From the NCBI GenBank assembly GCA_963693055.1, contig OY843751.1, forward strand, positions 1,536,001 through 1,600,000: a stretch of 64,000 nucleotides of DNA, written 5' to 3'. The notes under the pieces are model-generated. The model was not told where the DNA came from, ran no database searches, and saw only the letters and a list, made by a program, of their open reading frames with translations. This DNA is from a bacterium (GTDB lineage: Bacteria; Zhuqueibacterota; Zhuqueibacteria; Residuimicrobiales; Krinioviventaceae). The position numbers and the translations under genes were made by a program. Positions 9,379 through 20,331 of this stretch are shown here, piece by piece; position 1 is the stretch's first letter, and every line of letters begins with the position of its first letter.

Positions 9379-10452
9379 ATGAGTTTACCTTTACCACACC
9401 AGGATATTTTGTCATTAATCAATAAAGGTGTTGTTATTCCTGCCCATCCGCTTGCGTTGGATAAACATCGTAAAATGAATGAAAGACGTCAGCGAGCGTT
9501 GACACGATATTATCTGGATTCGGGAGCGAGAGGAATGGCGGTAGGGGTTCATACGACTCAATTCGAAATCCGGGATTCTGAAATTGGTTTATACAAGCCC
9601 GTGTTAGAACTGGCAAGTGAAGAGATTGATGGATTTTGTAAAATGCAAAATCAGCTTGTAGTTAAAATAGCCGGGTTAACCGGTAAAACTGAGCAGGCTG
9701 TTGCTGAGGCCCAAATAGCTATTGAATGCGGATATCATACCGGACTTTTAAGTTTGGCCGCTTTTAAAAATGTAAACAATGACGCATTGATTGAGCATTG
9801 TAAAGCGGTTGCTGAGATTATCCCGTTAACAGGATTCTATTTACAGCCGGCGGTTGGTGGCAGGATTCTGGACTGTGATTTCTGGCGCGCGTTTGCACAA
9901 ATAGAAAATGTAATAGCTATTAAAATCGCTCCCTTTAACCGATATCAAACTCTGGATGTTTTACGAGGCATTGCGGAATCCGGAAGAGCTAAAGAGATTG
10001 CAGTATATACGGGGAATGATGATAATATTGTATCGGATTTGTTAACGACTTTTGAATTCCCGGTGGAAAATGGGAAAATTAAAATTGATATTGTTGGAGG
10101 ATTGTTGGGGCATTGGGCCGTATGGACAAAGCGTGTTGTTGAAATTTTTAATGATATTCAAACAGTCAAAGCATTAGGAAAGGGGATTCCTGCTTCATTG
10201 CTAACGCTTGGTGCTGAAATAACAGATTGTAATTCTGCTTTTTTCGATGTGAAAAATAGTTTTACCGGTGTTATTTCCGGTATACACGAGGTTCTGAGAA
10301 GACAAGGATTGCTGGAGGGGATTTGGACTTTGAATCCTCATGAAGAATTATCTCCGGGACAATTGGAAGAAATTGATCGGGTTTACAAAATGTATCCTCA
10401 TTTGAATGATGATGATTTTGTGAAAGAAAATTTAGATAGGTGGTTATTGTAG
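9379..10452 (+). CDS. Dihydrodipicolinate synthase-like (class I aldolase) family protein
   Basis: VIPAHPLAL, GVHTTQF, FYLQPAVGG, AIKIAPF, YTGNDD; start moved to ATG 9379. Confidence 0.85.
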   Translation: MSLPLPHQDILSLINKGVVIPAHPLALDKHRKMNERRQRALTRYYLDSGARGMAVGVHTTQFEIRDSEIGLYKPVLELASEEIDGFCKMQNQLVVKIAGLTGKTEQAVAEAQIAIECGYHTGLLSLAAFKNVNNDALIEHCKAVAEIIPLTGFYLQPAVGGRILDCDFWRAFAQIENVIAIKIAPFNRYQTLDVLRGIAESGRAKEIAVYTGNDDNIVSDLLTTFEFPVENGKIKIDIVGGLLGHWAVWTKRVVEIFNDIQTVKALGKGIPASLLTLGAEITDCNSAFFDVKNSFTGVISGIHEVLRRQGLLEGIWTLNPHEELSPGQLEEIDRVYKMYPHLNDDDFVKENLDRWLL

Positions 10453-10465
10453 GTTCCTTCCGTAT

Positions 10466-10500
10466 TAAAGCCCTTGCGATATAAAATTGTGAGGGCTTTA
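10466..10500 (+). terminator. Intrinsic terminator
   Basis: TAAAGCCCTTGCGAT..ATTGTGAGGGCTTTA followed by TTT. Confidence 0.65.
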
Positions 10501-10615
10501 TTTCAAGATTTATAAATTTATCGTTGAATTGATCCGTCAGAATTTTCTTGTTTTGATCTAAACTGAAAAATTGTATATTTGTATATCTGTTGATTTTATG
10601 AATGCGGAGATTTTA

Positions 10616-11968
10616 ATGGGATATACAAGATTGTTCTTTATAATATTAATTTTATCCTCTTCATTGCTTGCTCAACAATTGGCTTTTCCCACTGCTGAAG
10701 GATACGGTCGTTTTGCAAAGGGCGGACGTGGTGGAGATGTATACCATGTTACCAATATAAAAGATTCCGGTAGCGGTTCACTAAGATATGGGATTGAATC
10801 TGCAAATGGTCCCAGAACGATGGTTTTTGATGTCTCCGGTACCATCGAGTTGAAATCTAATCTTTTAATTGATAAACCTTTTATTACTATTGCCGGCCAG
10901 ACTGCACCAGGCGAGGGAATTACTCTAAAAGACAGAACGCTTGCCATTGAAAATACACACGATATTATTGTGCGTTTTATTCGGGTTCGATTTGGAGACA
11001 AGAACAAGGCGTACGATGATTTGAATGATCCCGATGCGGTCAGAACCAAAAATATAAACAATGTGATTCTTGACCATCTATCTGTTACCTGGGGAATAGA
11101 TGGAGCCCAGGATCTTGCTGGAGGTAATTTTACACTGCAATGGTCAATGTATGGTGAAAGTTTGAATAAAAGTCTGCATCACGATGATCATCCTCATGCG
11201 ATGCTGGCTTCGTTCCGGCATTTGAATGGCAATATTACCATTCATCACAATTTATTCTTTAGCAGTAGAGACCGACACCCAACCCTGGGCGGAGGGGTAC
11301 GTACTCAGCCCGAGTGTATTGTGGATTTTCGTAACAATGTGGTATTTAATCGTAGGGGGCCTACAAATTTTGGCAATTGTAATGTGAATGTCATTAACAA
11401 TTATTACAGACCCGGTAAAAGTTTTACAAAAGAATTTGACCAGCCTTTTCAGGTTAAAGCCGAATATGGCAAAACACATGCTCATGGTTATTTGGATGGT
11501 AATTTAATCGAGAATAACAAAGTTTATACTCGAGACAATTTTGCCGCTGTAAATTATGAAAATACTGTTTCTCAATATCAAAGCACTGACAGGGAATCGT
11601 TTCAGCTTGATGCTGAATTGGTAGTTGGTTCTGACAAGCCGGAAACGCAATCGGCTATTCAGGCTTATGATCTTTTATTAATGTATGCCGGTGCATCAAA
11701 ATCCAGAGATGCTGTTGATAAACGTATTGTGGAAGGAATTAAAGACCGTTCGAACCAGTTAATTGATTCTCAGGACCAAGTGGGCGGGTGGCCTGAGCTG
11801 AAGACAGCTATTCCCCCAAAAGATACAGACCAGGATGGGATGCCGGATGAATGGGAACTGGTAAATGGACTGGATATTTATGATGCTGCTGATCGAAATG
11901 GTGAATTGAATAATGATGGTTTTACCAATCTTGAAACCTATTTGAATTCTTTAGTTCTTCTAAAATAA
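10616..11968 (+). CDS. Pectate lyase (PL1-like parallel beta-helix), secreted
   Basis: AFPTAEGYGRFAKGGRGG, GSLR, TIAGQTAPG, C-terminal DTDQDGMPDEWE. Confidence 0.85.
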   Translation: MGYTRLFFIILILSSSLLAQQLAFPTAEGYGRFAKGGRGGDVYHVTNIKDSGSGSLRYGIESANGPRTMVFDVSGTIELKSNLLIDKPFITIAGQTAPGEGITLKDRTLAIENTHDIIVRFIRVRFGDKNKAYDDLNDPDAVRTKNINNVILDHLSVTWGIDGAQDLAGGNFTLQWSMYGESLNKSLHHDDHPHAMLASFRHLNGNITIHHNLFFSSRDRHPTLGGGVRTQPECIVDFRNNVVFNRRGPTNFGNCNVNVINNYYRPGKSFTKEFDQPFQVKAEYGKTHAHGYLDGNLIENNKVYTRDNFAAVNYENTVSQYQSTDRESFQLDAELVVGSDKPETQSAIQAYDLLLMYAGASKSRDAVDKRIVEGIKDRSNQLIDSQDQVGGWPELKTAIPPKDTDQDGMPDEWELVNGLDIYDAADRNGELNNDGFTNLETYLNSLVLLK

Positions 11969-12022
11969 TAATGAATATAAAAATAAATTACATAACATTT
12001 AAAAAAAAGAAAGGGAATCGGA

Positions 12023-13033
12023 ATGAAATTTTCCTCCATGCTGGTAAGTGCAGTAATTTGTGTGACCATGATATCCAATGCTTTTGCAAAGGATATTCAA
12101 TTGAAATTTAATGATAATGGCAAGTTTAAAATTGCCCAGTTTACGGATACTCATGTACATTTTGATAAAAATGATTCTAAACATGTATTCGAATTGATGA
12201 GAACGGTCATTGATGCAGAAAAACCGGATTTGATAGTTTTTTCCGGTGATGTTGTATTGCAACATGATCAAAAACAAGCTTATGATATATTTGAACAAAT
12301 CTGTAAAGAAAAAGATGTGTTATGGGCTGTTGTTCTGGGGAATCATGATGAAGAACATAATGTTTCCAGAAAAGATATTGGTTTGTTGTTAAGCGAATAT
12401 CCGCATTGTATTACCAATGTGTCTTATGGGATTAAAGGTGCAACCAATTTTGTTTACCCGGTGTATGGTAAAAATGATGCTACTGAAGCGGTGTTGTATT
12501 TTCTGGATTCCAATTCCTACAGTGCCATAAAAGACAGGGTAGATGGTTATGGATGGTTTGGAATTTCACAGATCCAATGGTACAAGGAAAAAAGTGCAGA
12601 ATTTACTAAAGCAAATGATGGAAAACCTGTACCGGCATTGGCTTTTTTCCATATTCCATTACCAGAGTACAATATTGTGTGGGATGATCCCGACATTAAA
12701 ACCATTGGTGTTAAAAATGAATCGGTTTGCTGTCCTAAAATCAATTCCGGGATGTTTGCAGCCATGGTAGAGTGTGGAGACGTAATGGGTACATTTGTTG
12801 GGCATGATCATGTGAATGATTATATTGGCGGCTTGTATGGTATTGCACTCGCTTATGGTCGCGCGTCCGGTGGAAAAAATACCTATGGAAATTTAAAATC
12901 CGGCTCTCGTATTATTGAACTCACCGCCGGAAAAAGAGAGTTTGATACCTGGATACGTGAACTGGATGGAAATGTGGAAATGAAATGTAATTTCCCAAAA
13001 GATTTTCCGGTGAAAAAGAAGAAAAAAAAGTAA
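12023..13033 (+). CDS. Secreted calcineurin-like metallophosphoesterase
   Basis: DTH, GD, GNHD, FFHIP, GHDH motifs. Confidence 0.9.
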   Translation: MKFSSMLVSAVICVTMISNAFAKDIQLKFNDNGKFKIAQFTDTHVHFDKNDSKHVFELMRTVIDAEKPDLIVFSGDVVLQHDQKQAYDIFEQICKEKDVLWAVVLGNHDEEHNVSRKDIGLLLSEYPHCITNVSYGIKGATNFVYPVYGKNDATEAVLYFLDSNSYSAIKDRVDGYGWFGISQIQWYKEKSAEFTKANDGKPVPALAFFHIPLPEYNIVWDDPDIKTIGVKNESVCCPKINSGMFAAMVECGDVMGTFVGHDHVNDYIGGLYGIALAYGRASGGKNTYGNLKSGSRIIELTAGKREFDTWIRELDGNVEMKCNFPKDFPVKKKKKK

Positions 13034-13057
13034 GGTCCTAATTTGAAAGGTCCCATG

Positions 13058-14254
13058 ATGAAAAGAATCAAGCTTTTACTGGTTTTACTTGCCGCGTTAT
13101 TGTTATTTATCGGTTGTTCTCAACAAAAAGAATCCACACAATGGTATCGGGGGAATCTGCATACCCATTCATACTGGAGTGATGGAGATACCTATCCGGA
13201 AATGGTTATGGATTGGTACAAGTCTCACGGATACGAGTTTGTTGCACTTTCTGATCATAATATTCTGGCTGAAGGTGAGAAATGGAAAACGATAAAAGAT
13301 GAAGAAATTTACCAACAGGCTTTTAAAAATTATTTGCAGAAATATGGAAAAGACTGGGTTGTTTACAAAAATGAGGATGACAAGATTTCTGTCAAGTTGA
13401 AAACACTTGCAGAATATGCTCCTTTATTTGAAGAACCCGGTAAATTTCTCATTGTTAAATCCGAGGAAATTACAGATAAAGTAGGGAAAAAGGACGTTCA
13501 TTTGAACGCGCATAATCTGCAGACCTTGATCGAACCACAGGGCGGTGAAACCATTGTAGAAGCGTTGCAGCGAAATATAGATGCAGTGATTCAACAGCGT
13601 AAAGAAACCGGAATACCCATGCTCGTTCATATAAATCATCCCAATTTTAGGTATTCAGTTACTGCGGATGATATGATCCAATTACATGGTGAGCGATTTT
13701 TTGAAGTATTTAACGGACACCCTTGGGTAAGAAATGCAGGTGATTCTTTACACATGAGTACAGAAGAAATGTGGGACCTTGTAAATATTGCCTATGCAAA
13801 TAGAAACCAGCCATTAATGTTTGGTGTAGCTACAGATGATGCGCATGAATACCACGAGTTTGGTAAAATGATGAGCAATGCCGGACGTGGATGGGTACAG
13901 GTTCGTGCATCATCGCTTGATGCGGAATCATTAATTGCTGCTATGGAAAAGGGTGATTTTTATGCATCGACCGGTGTGGCTTTGAATGATGTCTCTTTTG
14001 AAAATAACACCATCACCATTGATGTGCAAACTGAGCCGGATGTGAATTATAATATTGCATTTATCGGCTGTAAGGTGGGAGACGATGCTACTCAAGTACT
14101 TGAAACCATCAAAGGGAGCCATGCCGAGTTTCTGGTAACTGAGGATTTGCAATTTGTGAGAGCAAAAGTGATTTCTGATAAACTGCATGATAATCCACCA
14201 CCGGGCCCCGATTATCAAGTCGCATGGACTCAGCCGGTAGTATATCAAAAATAG
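13058..14254 (+). CDS. PHP-domain metallohydrolase lipoprotein
   Basis: Lipobox FIGC; GNLHTHS..SDG, SDHN, NHP, EVFNG, DDAH. Confidence 0.85.
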   Translation: MKRIKLLLVLLAALLLFIGCSQQKESTQWYRGNLHTHSYWSDGDTYPEMVMDWYKSHGYEFVALSDHNILAEGEKWKTIKDEEIYQQAFKNYLQKYGKDWVVYKNEDDKISVKLKTLAEYAPLFEEPGKFLIVKSEEITDKVGKKDVHLNAHNLQTLIEPQGGETIVEALQRNIDAVIQQRKETGIPMLVHINHPNFRYSVTADDMIQLHGERFFEVFNGHPWVRNAGDSLHMSTEEMWDLVNIAYANRNQPLMFGVATDDAHEYHEFGKMMSNAGRGWVQVRASSLDAESLIAAMEKGDFYASTGVALNDVSFENNTITIDVQTEPDVNYNIAFIGCKVGDDATQVLETIKGSHAEFLVTEDLQFVRAKVISDKLHDNPPPGPDYQVAWTQPVVYQK

Positions 14255-14276
14255 CTGATTGTTGATTTTATAAAAC

Positions 14277-14319
14277 AAAAAAACTCGTTACCCAATAATT
14301 CAGGATAACGAGTTTTTTT
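14277..14319. terminator. Bidirectional terminator between convergent genes
   Basis: AAAAAAACTCGTTA..TAACGAGTTTTTTT. Confidence 0.8.
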
Positions 14320-14338
14320 ATGTTCAAACTAGTAGCGT

Positions 14339-16297
14339 TTATTTCTTGAAAAAAGGATTGGGTAAAAAGTAAAAGAATCCGTCTTCTGCACCAATGAGCA
14401 GATTGTTGGCACCTTTTTTATCCCAGTTTACTATGGTTGGGCTTGTAGAGTGACCTGCCAGTCGTATATCTGTTACCAGCCCTTTATTGGAAAAATAAGT
14501 GTATCCGTTTTCGGTTTTTACATATTTCCAAAAGTCGATTGATTTGCTGTTGGCCATTAAATCCAGCTTACCGTCATGGTCCCAATCGGTAAAACAGAGT
14601 TTACGTCTTCCGCTGCCGCCGGCATCTTTGATGTTTAATCTCAACAGTTCATTGGTATCTGCGTCTTTGAAAATACGCTGGCCTGGTAAAAGTTGAGGCT
14701 GACCGTCTTTGCTTATACGTTTGAAAAATGCGAGATAGCCTTCATGATCAAGCATAACCAGATCGTTCAGTCCGTCCTTGTCCCAGTCAATTACAACCGG
14801 AGTTGTACGCCATTGAGTTGACAGTTCGTCAGGGGCCGGTTTCCACCAGTTCCATGCCGGTTTGGGAGGCGCACCCTGCCAGTCTACAGTAACCGGCTGT
14901 TGTTCAGCCAGTTTGGGATTTTCTTTAGTGCCCACATTTTTGAACCAAACCACTTTGCCCCAGATAGAGTTAACGAGTATATCTTGCAATCCATCATGGT
15001 CCCAATCTGCAACGTTCAGGGTTGTGTAACCCCACTTTGCTTCACAGGGCCCTTGAATAGAACCATTGTATCCCGCCTGAATGCGGATTGTTTTGCCATT
15101 TGCCTGCAGGTAAACCGGTTTAGCCCATTTGGGAGAAGCTGCTCCATCCAGGTTTTCAATGAAACCGATATAGCCCGCAGTATTACCGCAAATCAGATCC
15201 TGGTCGCCGTCATTGTCCCAATCGCAGCTAAAGGGGGTTACCAGTGCGCCGAATTTAACATCCCTTGCCTGTTGCTGGAAATAGCGTGGCGGCATGAATT
15301 TGGGCATAGAATTGTTGATAACGCCCGTGTTTTCAATAAATGCGACGCGGCCATCTTCGTCACCTGCAATAATATCCACATCTCCATCTTTATCCCAGTC
15401 GATAGCAACCGGAACAATCATCTGCAGATCCATAGTTATGGGTGAAAAACTGTGAGTCAATATACGACCATTAGCATACTCGGGGTTGGAACGGCTGCCA
15501 ATATTTTCAAAATAGGTAAACTTGTCTAGAAATTCACCGCACATGATATCCAGATCGCCATCATTGTCATAATCTGCCAGGTTGGGGGATGGCATACCGT
15601 ACACATCAATGGGTTTGCCCGCTGCATTGATCTTGACAGGTTCCGCGTATTTGGGGGACTCTGTTGTTCCTGTATTATGTACAAGGTATATATACCCGTG
15701 CAAAGGACCGCGGGTCCATTCGCCATTGCTGTTAAAAGCATTGTCCCATCCATAATCACCCCAATAGCCAATTCCAACAATCAGGTCAAGTTTGCCGTCT
15801 GCATCATAATCGCAGTATTTCCATTGGTTGGCACGAATCCGGCCTTCCAGTTTAAATACGTCAGGATCTTTGAATATCTTTTTTCCTTTAGTGAAACCGG
15901 ATTCTTTAAAACTGATCAATTCAACGCCCGGTTGTAATATTCGGGGTTTACCATCAATATAAGAAATTTGAGCGTTTTTAACTCCGGGTGCTATTTTGAC
16001 TGACGGTTTGAAAACAGGCATGGGAACATTTCCTTCTGTGTTTTCGAACAGAAAAACTCCATCCTGGGGTTTATCTGTGCAGGAAACGACCATATCAAGA
16101 TCACCGTCGTTGTCATAATCCATAGGTAAGGGCCATGCCCATAATCCTACTCCCAAATCAACGGTTAAACCTGGATTATTATAGGGAATACAATCGAGTG
16201 CTGTTTCAGCCGCAAAGATCGTATTGGTGAAAAGCAGGACACCTAAAAGCAATAGTAATAAGAGCGTTGTGAATTTGGGTTTCCTGAAGTTAATCAT
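14339..16297 (-). CDS. Secreted FG-GAP/VCBS repeat protein
   Basis: Repeated DxDxDGxxD motifs; signal peptide. Confidence 0.85.
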   Translation of the reverse strand: MINFRKPKFTTLLLLLLLGVLLFTNTIFAAETALDCIPYNNPGLTVDLGVGLWAWPLPMDYDNDGDLDMVVSCTDKPQDGVFLFENTEGNVPMPVFKPSVKIAPGVKNAQISYIDGKPRILQPGVELISFKESGFTKGKKIFKDPDVFKLEGRIRANQWKYCDYDADGKLDLIVGIGYWGDYGWDNAFNSNGEWTRGPLHGYIYLVHNTGTTESPKYAEPVKINAAGKPIDVYGMPSPNLADYDNDGDLDIMCGEFLDKFTYFENIGSRSNPEYANGRILTHSFSPITMDLQMIVPVAIDWDKDGDVDIIAGDEDGRVAFIENTGVINNSMPKFMPPRYFQQQARDVKFGALVTPFSCDWDNDGDQDLICGNTAGYIGFIENLDGAASPKWAKPVYLQANGKTIRIQAGYNGSIQGPCEAKWGYTTLNVADWDHDGLQDILVNSIWGKVVWFKNVGTKENPKLAEQQPVTVDWQGAPPKPAWNWWKPAPDELSTQWRTTPVVIDWDKDGLNDLVMLDHEGYLAFFKRISKDGQPQLLPGQRIFKDADTNELLRLNIKDAGGSGRRKLCFTDWDHDGKLDLMANSKSIDFWKYVKTENGYTYFSNKGLVTDIRLAGHSTSPTIVNWDKKGANNLLIGAEDGFFYFLPNPFFKK

Positions 16298-16378
16298 TCT
16301 TCCTCCGGTTCGTATACTGTAAAGAGTTGGTTAAATATGTAATGCGGTGAGCTGGTGTTTAACCGCTCACCCTGATAT

Positions 16379-18703
16379 TTATTTTACAAGCTTGATTTCC
16401 GGTCTTGCAGGACCCGAGTAGGGTTCGGCACCCTGATTTTTTTCTTTGAATTCCGGTGCGGTTGTCAGATTTTTATCTGTAACTGTTGGGGCGGAAATAA
16501 ATCCGTGATACCGGCCCATCCAATAGTCACGTAGAAATCCTGTTGGTTCTTTGATGCGATTGCCGCCGCCAGCATCATATTCCAAAGCGTTACGACTGCC
16601 TCCCTTGACGGATGCTTCACGGGGAGATATGGCCCGGGTACCACCTGCTAACGGCACATAGCCTTCTTCGGGTTGCAAATCATCTCGATGTGAATTTGTA
16701 TAACGGTATGTATGGCAATCGAGTACCCATTCTCTCAAATGCTTGACTGATTCATCTACTTCACAGTCGTTTCCGGTGATTGCACCATATGTCAAGTTGT
16801 ACCAGGGAATATGTTCCAGGCGTTTCAGTTCGTAGGTGCGCTCCAGACTACGCAAATAGATAGATAGCAGATTGGGATCATCAACATAGCGAAACAGTGT
16901 GTAATAACACCGGTTGGCCAGATTGTCATCCCATGGTGCAATATCTTCAGGGGGATAAGTGATCTTTTGTCTTACCGTATAATTTTGGTAACCCCATTTC
17001 ATGAGTTGGTCAAAACCTTTTTGATATTTTTTATCACCGCTTACTGCGAATGCTGTTTTCATATAGGTTTGTGCCTGCATTCCGTTTAATCCTCTGGCAA
17101 CATACCCATAGGGGCGAAGCAGGTAATCAGGGTCCCAACGACCCCAGCGTGTGGGTTGACCATCCATGTCTTTTAAAATCCAGCCATTTTCTAAAATGTG
17201 GGTGGCGATATTGGTCAGGTGTTGTGCCGCTAGCTCTTTTTCTTCACCTTTTGCTACCAGATCATGGAACAGCGAAACCGAGTAGATATGCGCATCTACT
17301 TCGTCGCTCGAGGTGTCACCTTTCCAGTACCATTTCCCATCTTCTGCTGGATACCATTTTGCCGGAAGCCCTCCCGAGCCTTCAGTAGCCATATTGTCCT
17401 TGTCGCCTGTGGGGGACCAGATTGCACGTGCAATGAATCCTTTTTTAGGAGTTATCTGATCCAGCCAGACCATGGCTTTAAAAGCATCAACTGCTTTTTC
17501 GCGAGCGGTTTCATCACCGGTTACCGCATATTTGTAGCACATGGCTGCAAGATAAGGAGCTGTATGACCGCCATCATTATCGCTGATTTCTCGGACCCAG
17601 CCCTTATTGTCTCCACCCCAGTAAAGGAGGTGTACAAATCCCATGCGTCTGTGTCCGTAATTGTCAATCAACTTTTCATAATAGTCTGCTTTTTTGGCAA
17701 GGGTATAAGGTTCATAAGAGATGATTCCCAGGCCCTTGTCTGTTGCAATAACTACTTTGTTTTTCCCAACGGCAATATCATGCACGTTATTACCGGGTAA
17801 CCAGAGTTGAGGACCAAAATAGTGCCAGTCATCTTTAAGCATGCGAACAGCACCGGTAGTAGTGCCTATCCATAAATCCTGATCAAATCCCTGGGCCAAA
17901 CAAGTTGTGCTTTCGCTAGGTAATCCATCGGTACCTTGCAGGGTTGTCATTGATGCTCCACGCAATACAGCCAACCCCCGGTCTGTTGAAATAAATAATC
18001 GACTTCCCATTGCCTTCATATCGTTGGTGTTCCGTGATGGCAGCATACCCCAGTCAAAAGCTGTATCATTTACAATGCGGCCATCAAATAGTACGAGTTT
18101 TCCGGGACGTAGAATATAAAGCGTACCACTGTAGGACTGGATCCTGTGAATTGGGCCGAGGTGAACCGGCTGGGATAATACCTGAGATCCGTCTTCCATA
18201 ACTACGGTAATGTCGCTTGATAAATAACCGTTTTTAGGTTCAATATCAACGAATTCGTTTTTTTCAAGCTGGTAGATATCATTGCGGGTAGCAGCGTGAA
18301 CCATTCCGTTATGCATACACATGTCGACAACCGGTTCATTAATCATACTCTTCCAGGATTTATCCAGTCTGAACAGACCCTTGTCAGTCAATGCCCACAG
18401 TTTGTTGCCCATGACCTGAAGTCGAGATACATTTTGGGGTGAAATATCCATTGGTATAAAATCGTTATTAAGAAGTGTATGTATTTTAGAGTCAATAACC
18501 GTATAAATTTTATCGTTAAATAACGCCACCGACTCTATTGGTTTCTCACTTTTGATTTTATGAGAAACTTCTTGTAGATAGACATCATCTTTTTCCGGCT
18601 GCCATAGCTGATGAGGTGGATGAAATAAGTCATCTGCAAGTAATTCTAAAGGGGAAGAGATGATCAATATGGTCAGAAGTATTCGTTTTAGATTTCTGGT
18701 CAT
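16379..18703 (-). CDS. Secreted protein: two-component-regulator-type propeller + helical enzyme-like domain
   Basis: DGLPS and LWIGT..G propeller repeats; C-terminal 'DNDG..TAPYLAA' and 'WKGDTSSDE'; start moved to ATG 18703. Confidence 0.65.
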   Translation of the reverse strand: MTRNLKRILLTILIISSPLELLADDLFHPPHQLWQPEKDDVYLQEVSHKIKSEKPIESVALFNDKIYTVIDSKIHTLLNNDFIPMDISPQNVSRLQVMGNKLWALTDKGLFRLDKSWKSMINEPVVDMCMHNGMVHAATRNDIYQLEKNEFVDIEPKNGYLSSDITVVMEDGSQVLSQPVHLGPIHRIQSYSGTLYILRPGKLVLFDGRIVNDTAFDWGMLPSRNTNDMKAMGSRLFISTDRGLAVLRGASMTTLQGTDGLPSESTTCLAQGFDQDLWIGTTTGAVRMLKDDWHYFGPQLWLPGNNVHDIAVGKNKVVIATDKGLGIISYEPYTLAKKADYYEKLIDNYGHRRMGFVHLLYWGGDNKGWVREISDNDGGHTAPYLAAMCYKYAVTGDETAREKAVDAFKAMVWLDQITPKKGFIARAIWSPTGDKDNMATEGSGGLPAKWYPAEDGKWYWKGDTSSDEVDAHIYSVSLFHDLVAKGEEKELAAQHLTNIATHILENGWILKDMDGQPTRWGRWDPDYLLRPYGYVARGLNGMQAQTYMKTAFAVSGDKKYQKGFDQLMKWGYQNYTVRQKITYPPEDIAPWDDNLANRCYYTLFRYVDDPNLLSIYLRSLERTYELKRLEHIPWYNLTYGAITGNDCEVDESVKHLREWVLDCHTYRYTNSHRDDLQPEEGYVPLAGGTRAISPREASVKGGSRNALEYDAGGGNRIKEPTGFLRDYWMGRYHGFISAPTVTDKNLTTAPEFKEKNQGAEPYSGPARPEIKLVK

Positions 18704-18886
18704 AACATTTCTCCTTGATTTTTTTTGTTTTTCCCTGAAAAGAGTGTATATTAAATTAAAATATGTATCTTTGAATAACAGCATTTTATTGGTGAAATAA
18801 AAGTAAAATTTTGTTATTTACAAGTCAAATGCTGTATAACTGATCTGGTAAAATCATTCCATAATGTGGGTAGGAGAAGCGAGTAA

Positions 18887-20227
18887 ATGAAGGTCTCTGA
18901 TCGTTACTTTTCTATCACTCAAAAGTATTCTGCATTCTGGCGGAATTATATTTTCTGGAAACTTGATCGGTTAAATCATGGGGAAATGCGGCAACATTAT
19001 AATGATATATCTCAAGCATTTACTGACCCATTAAATGCCCGGAAAAAAGCGCAAACCAGACTTGAATCTTTGATCAAACATGCCAAAGAAACAACAATCT
19101 TTTATCAGAATTATGATTTGAATAGTGATTATGCCAGCCTGCTGGTTATTGAAAAGGATTTGATACGGAAGCGGTTTGATGACTTTATTTCGAATACGTA
19201 TGATCGACCCAATCTGGGCACCTTGTCTACAAGTGGATCATATGGCATCCCCTTTATATTTTATGTGACACAAGATAAAATTAAAAGGCAGCAGGCTGAA
19301 ATTTTATATTTTAACGAGTGGGCGGGGTATAATCTGGGTTCTCGTATGGTTCAGTTGCGTGTGTTTGAACGCTCCTGGTTTTACTTTTTTTCGCAGAATT
19401 GCCGCAAAATTGATCCCAAACGTATTGATGGAAACTGGTATGAGAGATCAAGAAAAATTGTAAAAAACAGACGAAACCGCTTTCTTGTTGGGTATCCCGG
19501 TGCTTTGATTCAGTTAGCCAGATATTGTGAGGAAAAGGGGGATGACCCACAGGATTTTACATTTAAGGGTATTGTTTGTAGTGCCGAACCCATGACAACA
19601 GATATGCGCAATACATTCACTCGTGTTTTTGGCTGCCCGATATTTGATCGTTATGCGGCAGTAGAGTTGGGAGTAATTGCTCATGATTGCCCCAGGTGCG
19701 GTTTGCGGCATGTGAATTTTCCCAGTTATTATGTTGAATTGTTGAAACTGGACAAGGATGAACCTGTTAACCCGGGTGAAACCGGAAGGGTAGTTGTTAC
19801 CGATCTATTTTCACATGCCATGCCTTTGATACGATATAATACCGGGGATTTGGCTAGCTGGGTGACAACAGGGCGATGTAACGATTTATACCCAACTTTG
19901 AGCAGGATTGATGGACGATATCGTGAAATCATTTTTGCTGTAGACAAGACCCTCGTATATCCTAGCAGTATCAATAATGCGATTGCAGATCATGGAAATG
20001 AAAAAGACTTGTTACAATATCAGTTTGTTCAGACAAGTGAAAATGAATATGTTTTAAAGCTGGTTGTGACCTCTGCATTTGATCATCAGGAAATTCTTGG
20101 AAATCGATTGCTGGAATTAATTGGTAAGAATGCTCAACTTTGCTTCGAGTATGTAGATCATATTCCGCCACTTTCATCCGGTAAACGTCCGCTTATTTAT
20201 AATACCCTTGGGGAACATTTTAACTAG
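18887..20227 (+). CDS. Phenylacetate-CoA ligase-like/CapK family adenylating protein
   Basis: STSGSYG, YAAVELG, MPLIRYNTGD, DGR, SGK motifs. Confidence 0.85.
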   Translation: MKVSDRYFSITQKYSAFWRNYIFWKLDRLNHGEMRQHYNDISQAFTDPLNARKKAQTRLESLIKHAKETTIFYQNYDLNSDYASLLVIEKDLIRKRFDDFISNTYDRPNLGTLSTSGSYGIPFIFYVTQDKIKRQQAEILYFNEWAGYNLGSRMVQLRVFERSWFYFFSQNCRKIDPKRIDGNWYERSRKIVKNRRNRFLVGYPGALIQLARYCEEKGDDPQDFTFKGIVCSAEPMTTDMRNTFTRVFGCPIFDRYAAVELGVIAHDCPRCGLRHVNFPSYYVELLKLDKDEPVNPGETGRVVVTDLFSHAMPLIRYNTGDLASWVTTGRCNDLYPTLSRIDGRYREIIFAVDKTLVYPSSINNAIADHGNEKDLLQYQFVQTSENEYVLKLVVTSAFDHQEILGNRLLELIGKNAQLCFEYVDHIPPLSSGKRPLIYNTLGEHFN

Positions 20228-20331
20228 AAGGTCTGGGTTATATAATTTTATTTAGCGTTTAATAAAAATTTTGTTATCTTAGAAACACAGATTAATTTAC
20301 TTTTCAGATAATTTCAAATGAGGTATGGGAT

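Noticed and set aside
13010-13033. A-rich tract encoding KKKKKK as a phase-variation site
   Set aside because: The run is interrupted by G and lies at the very end of the gene, so slippage would have little effect.
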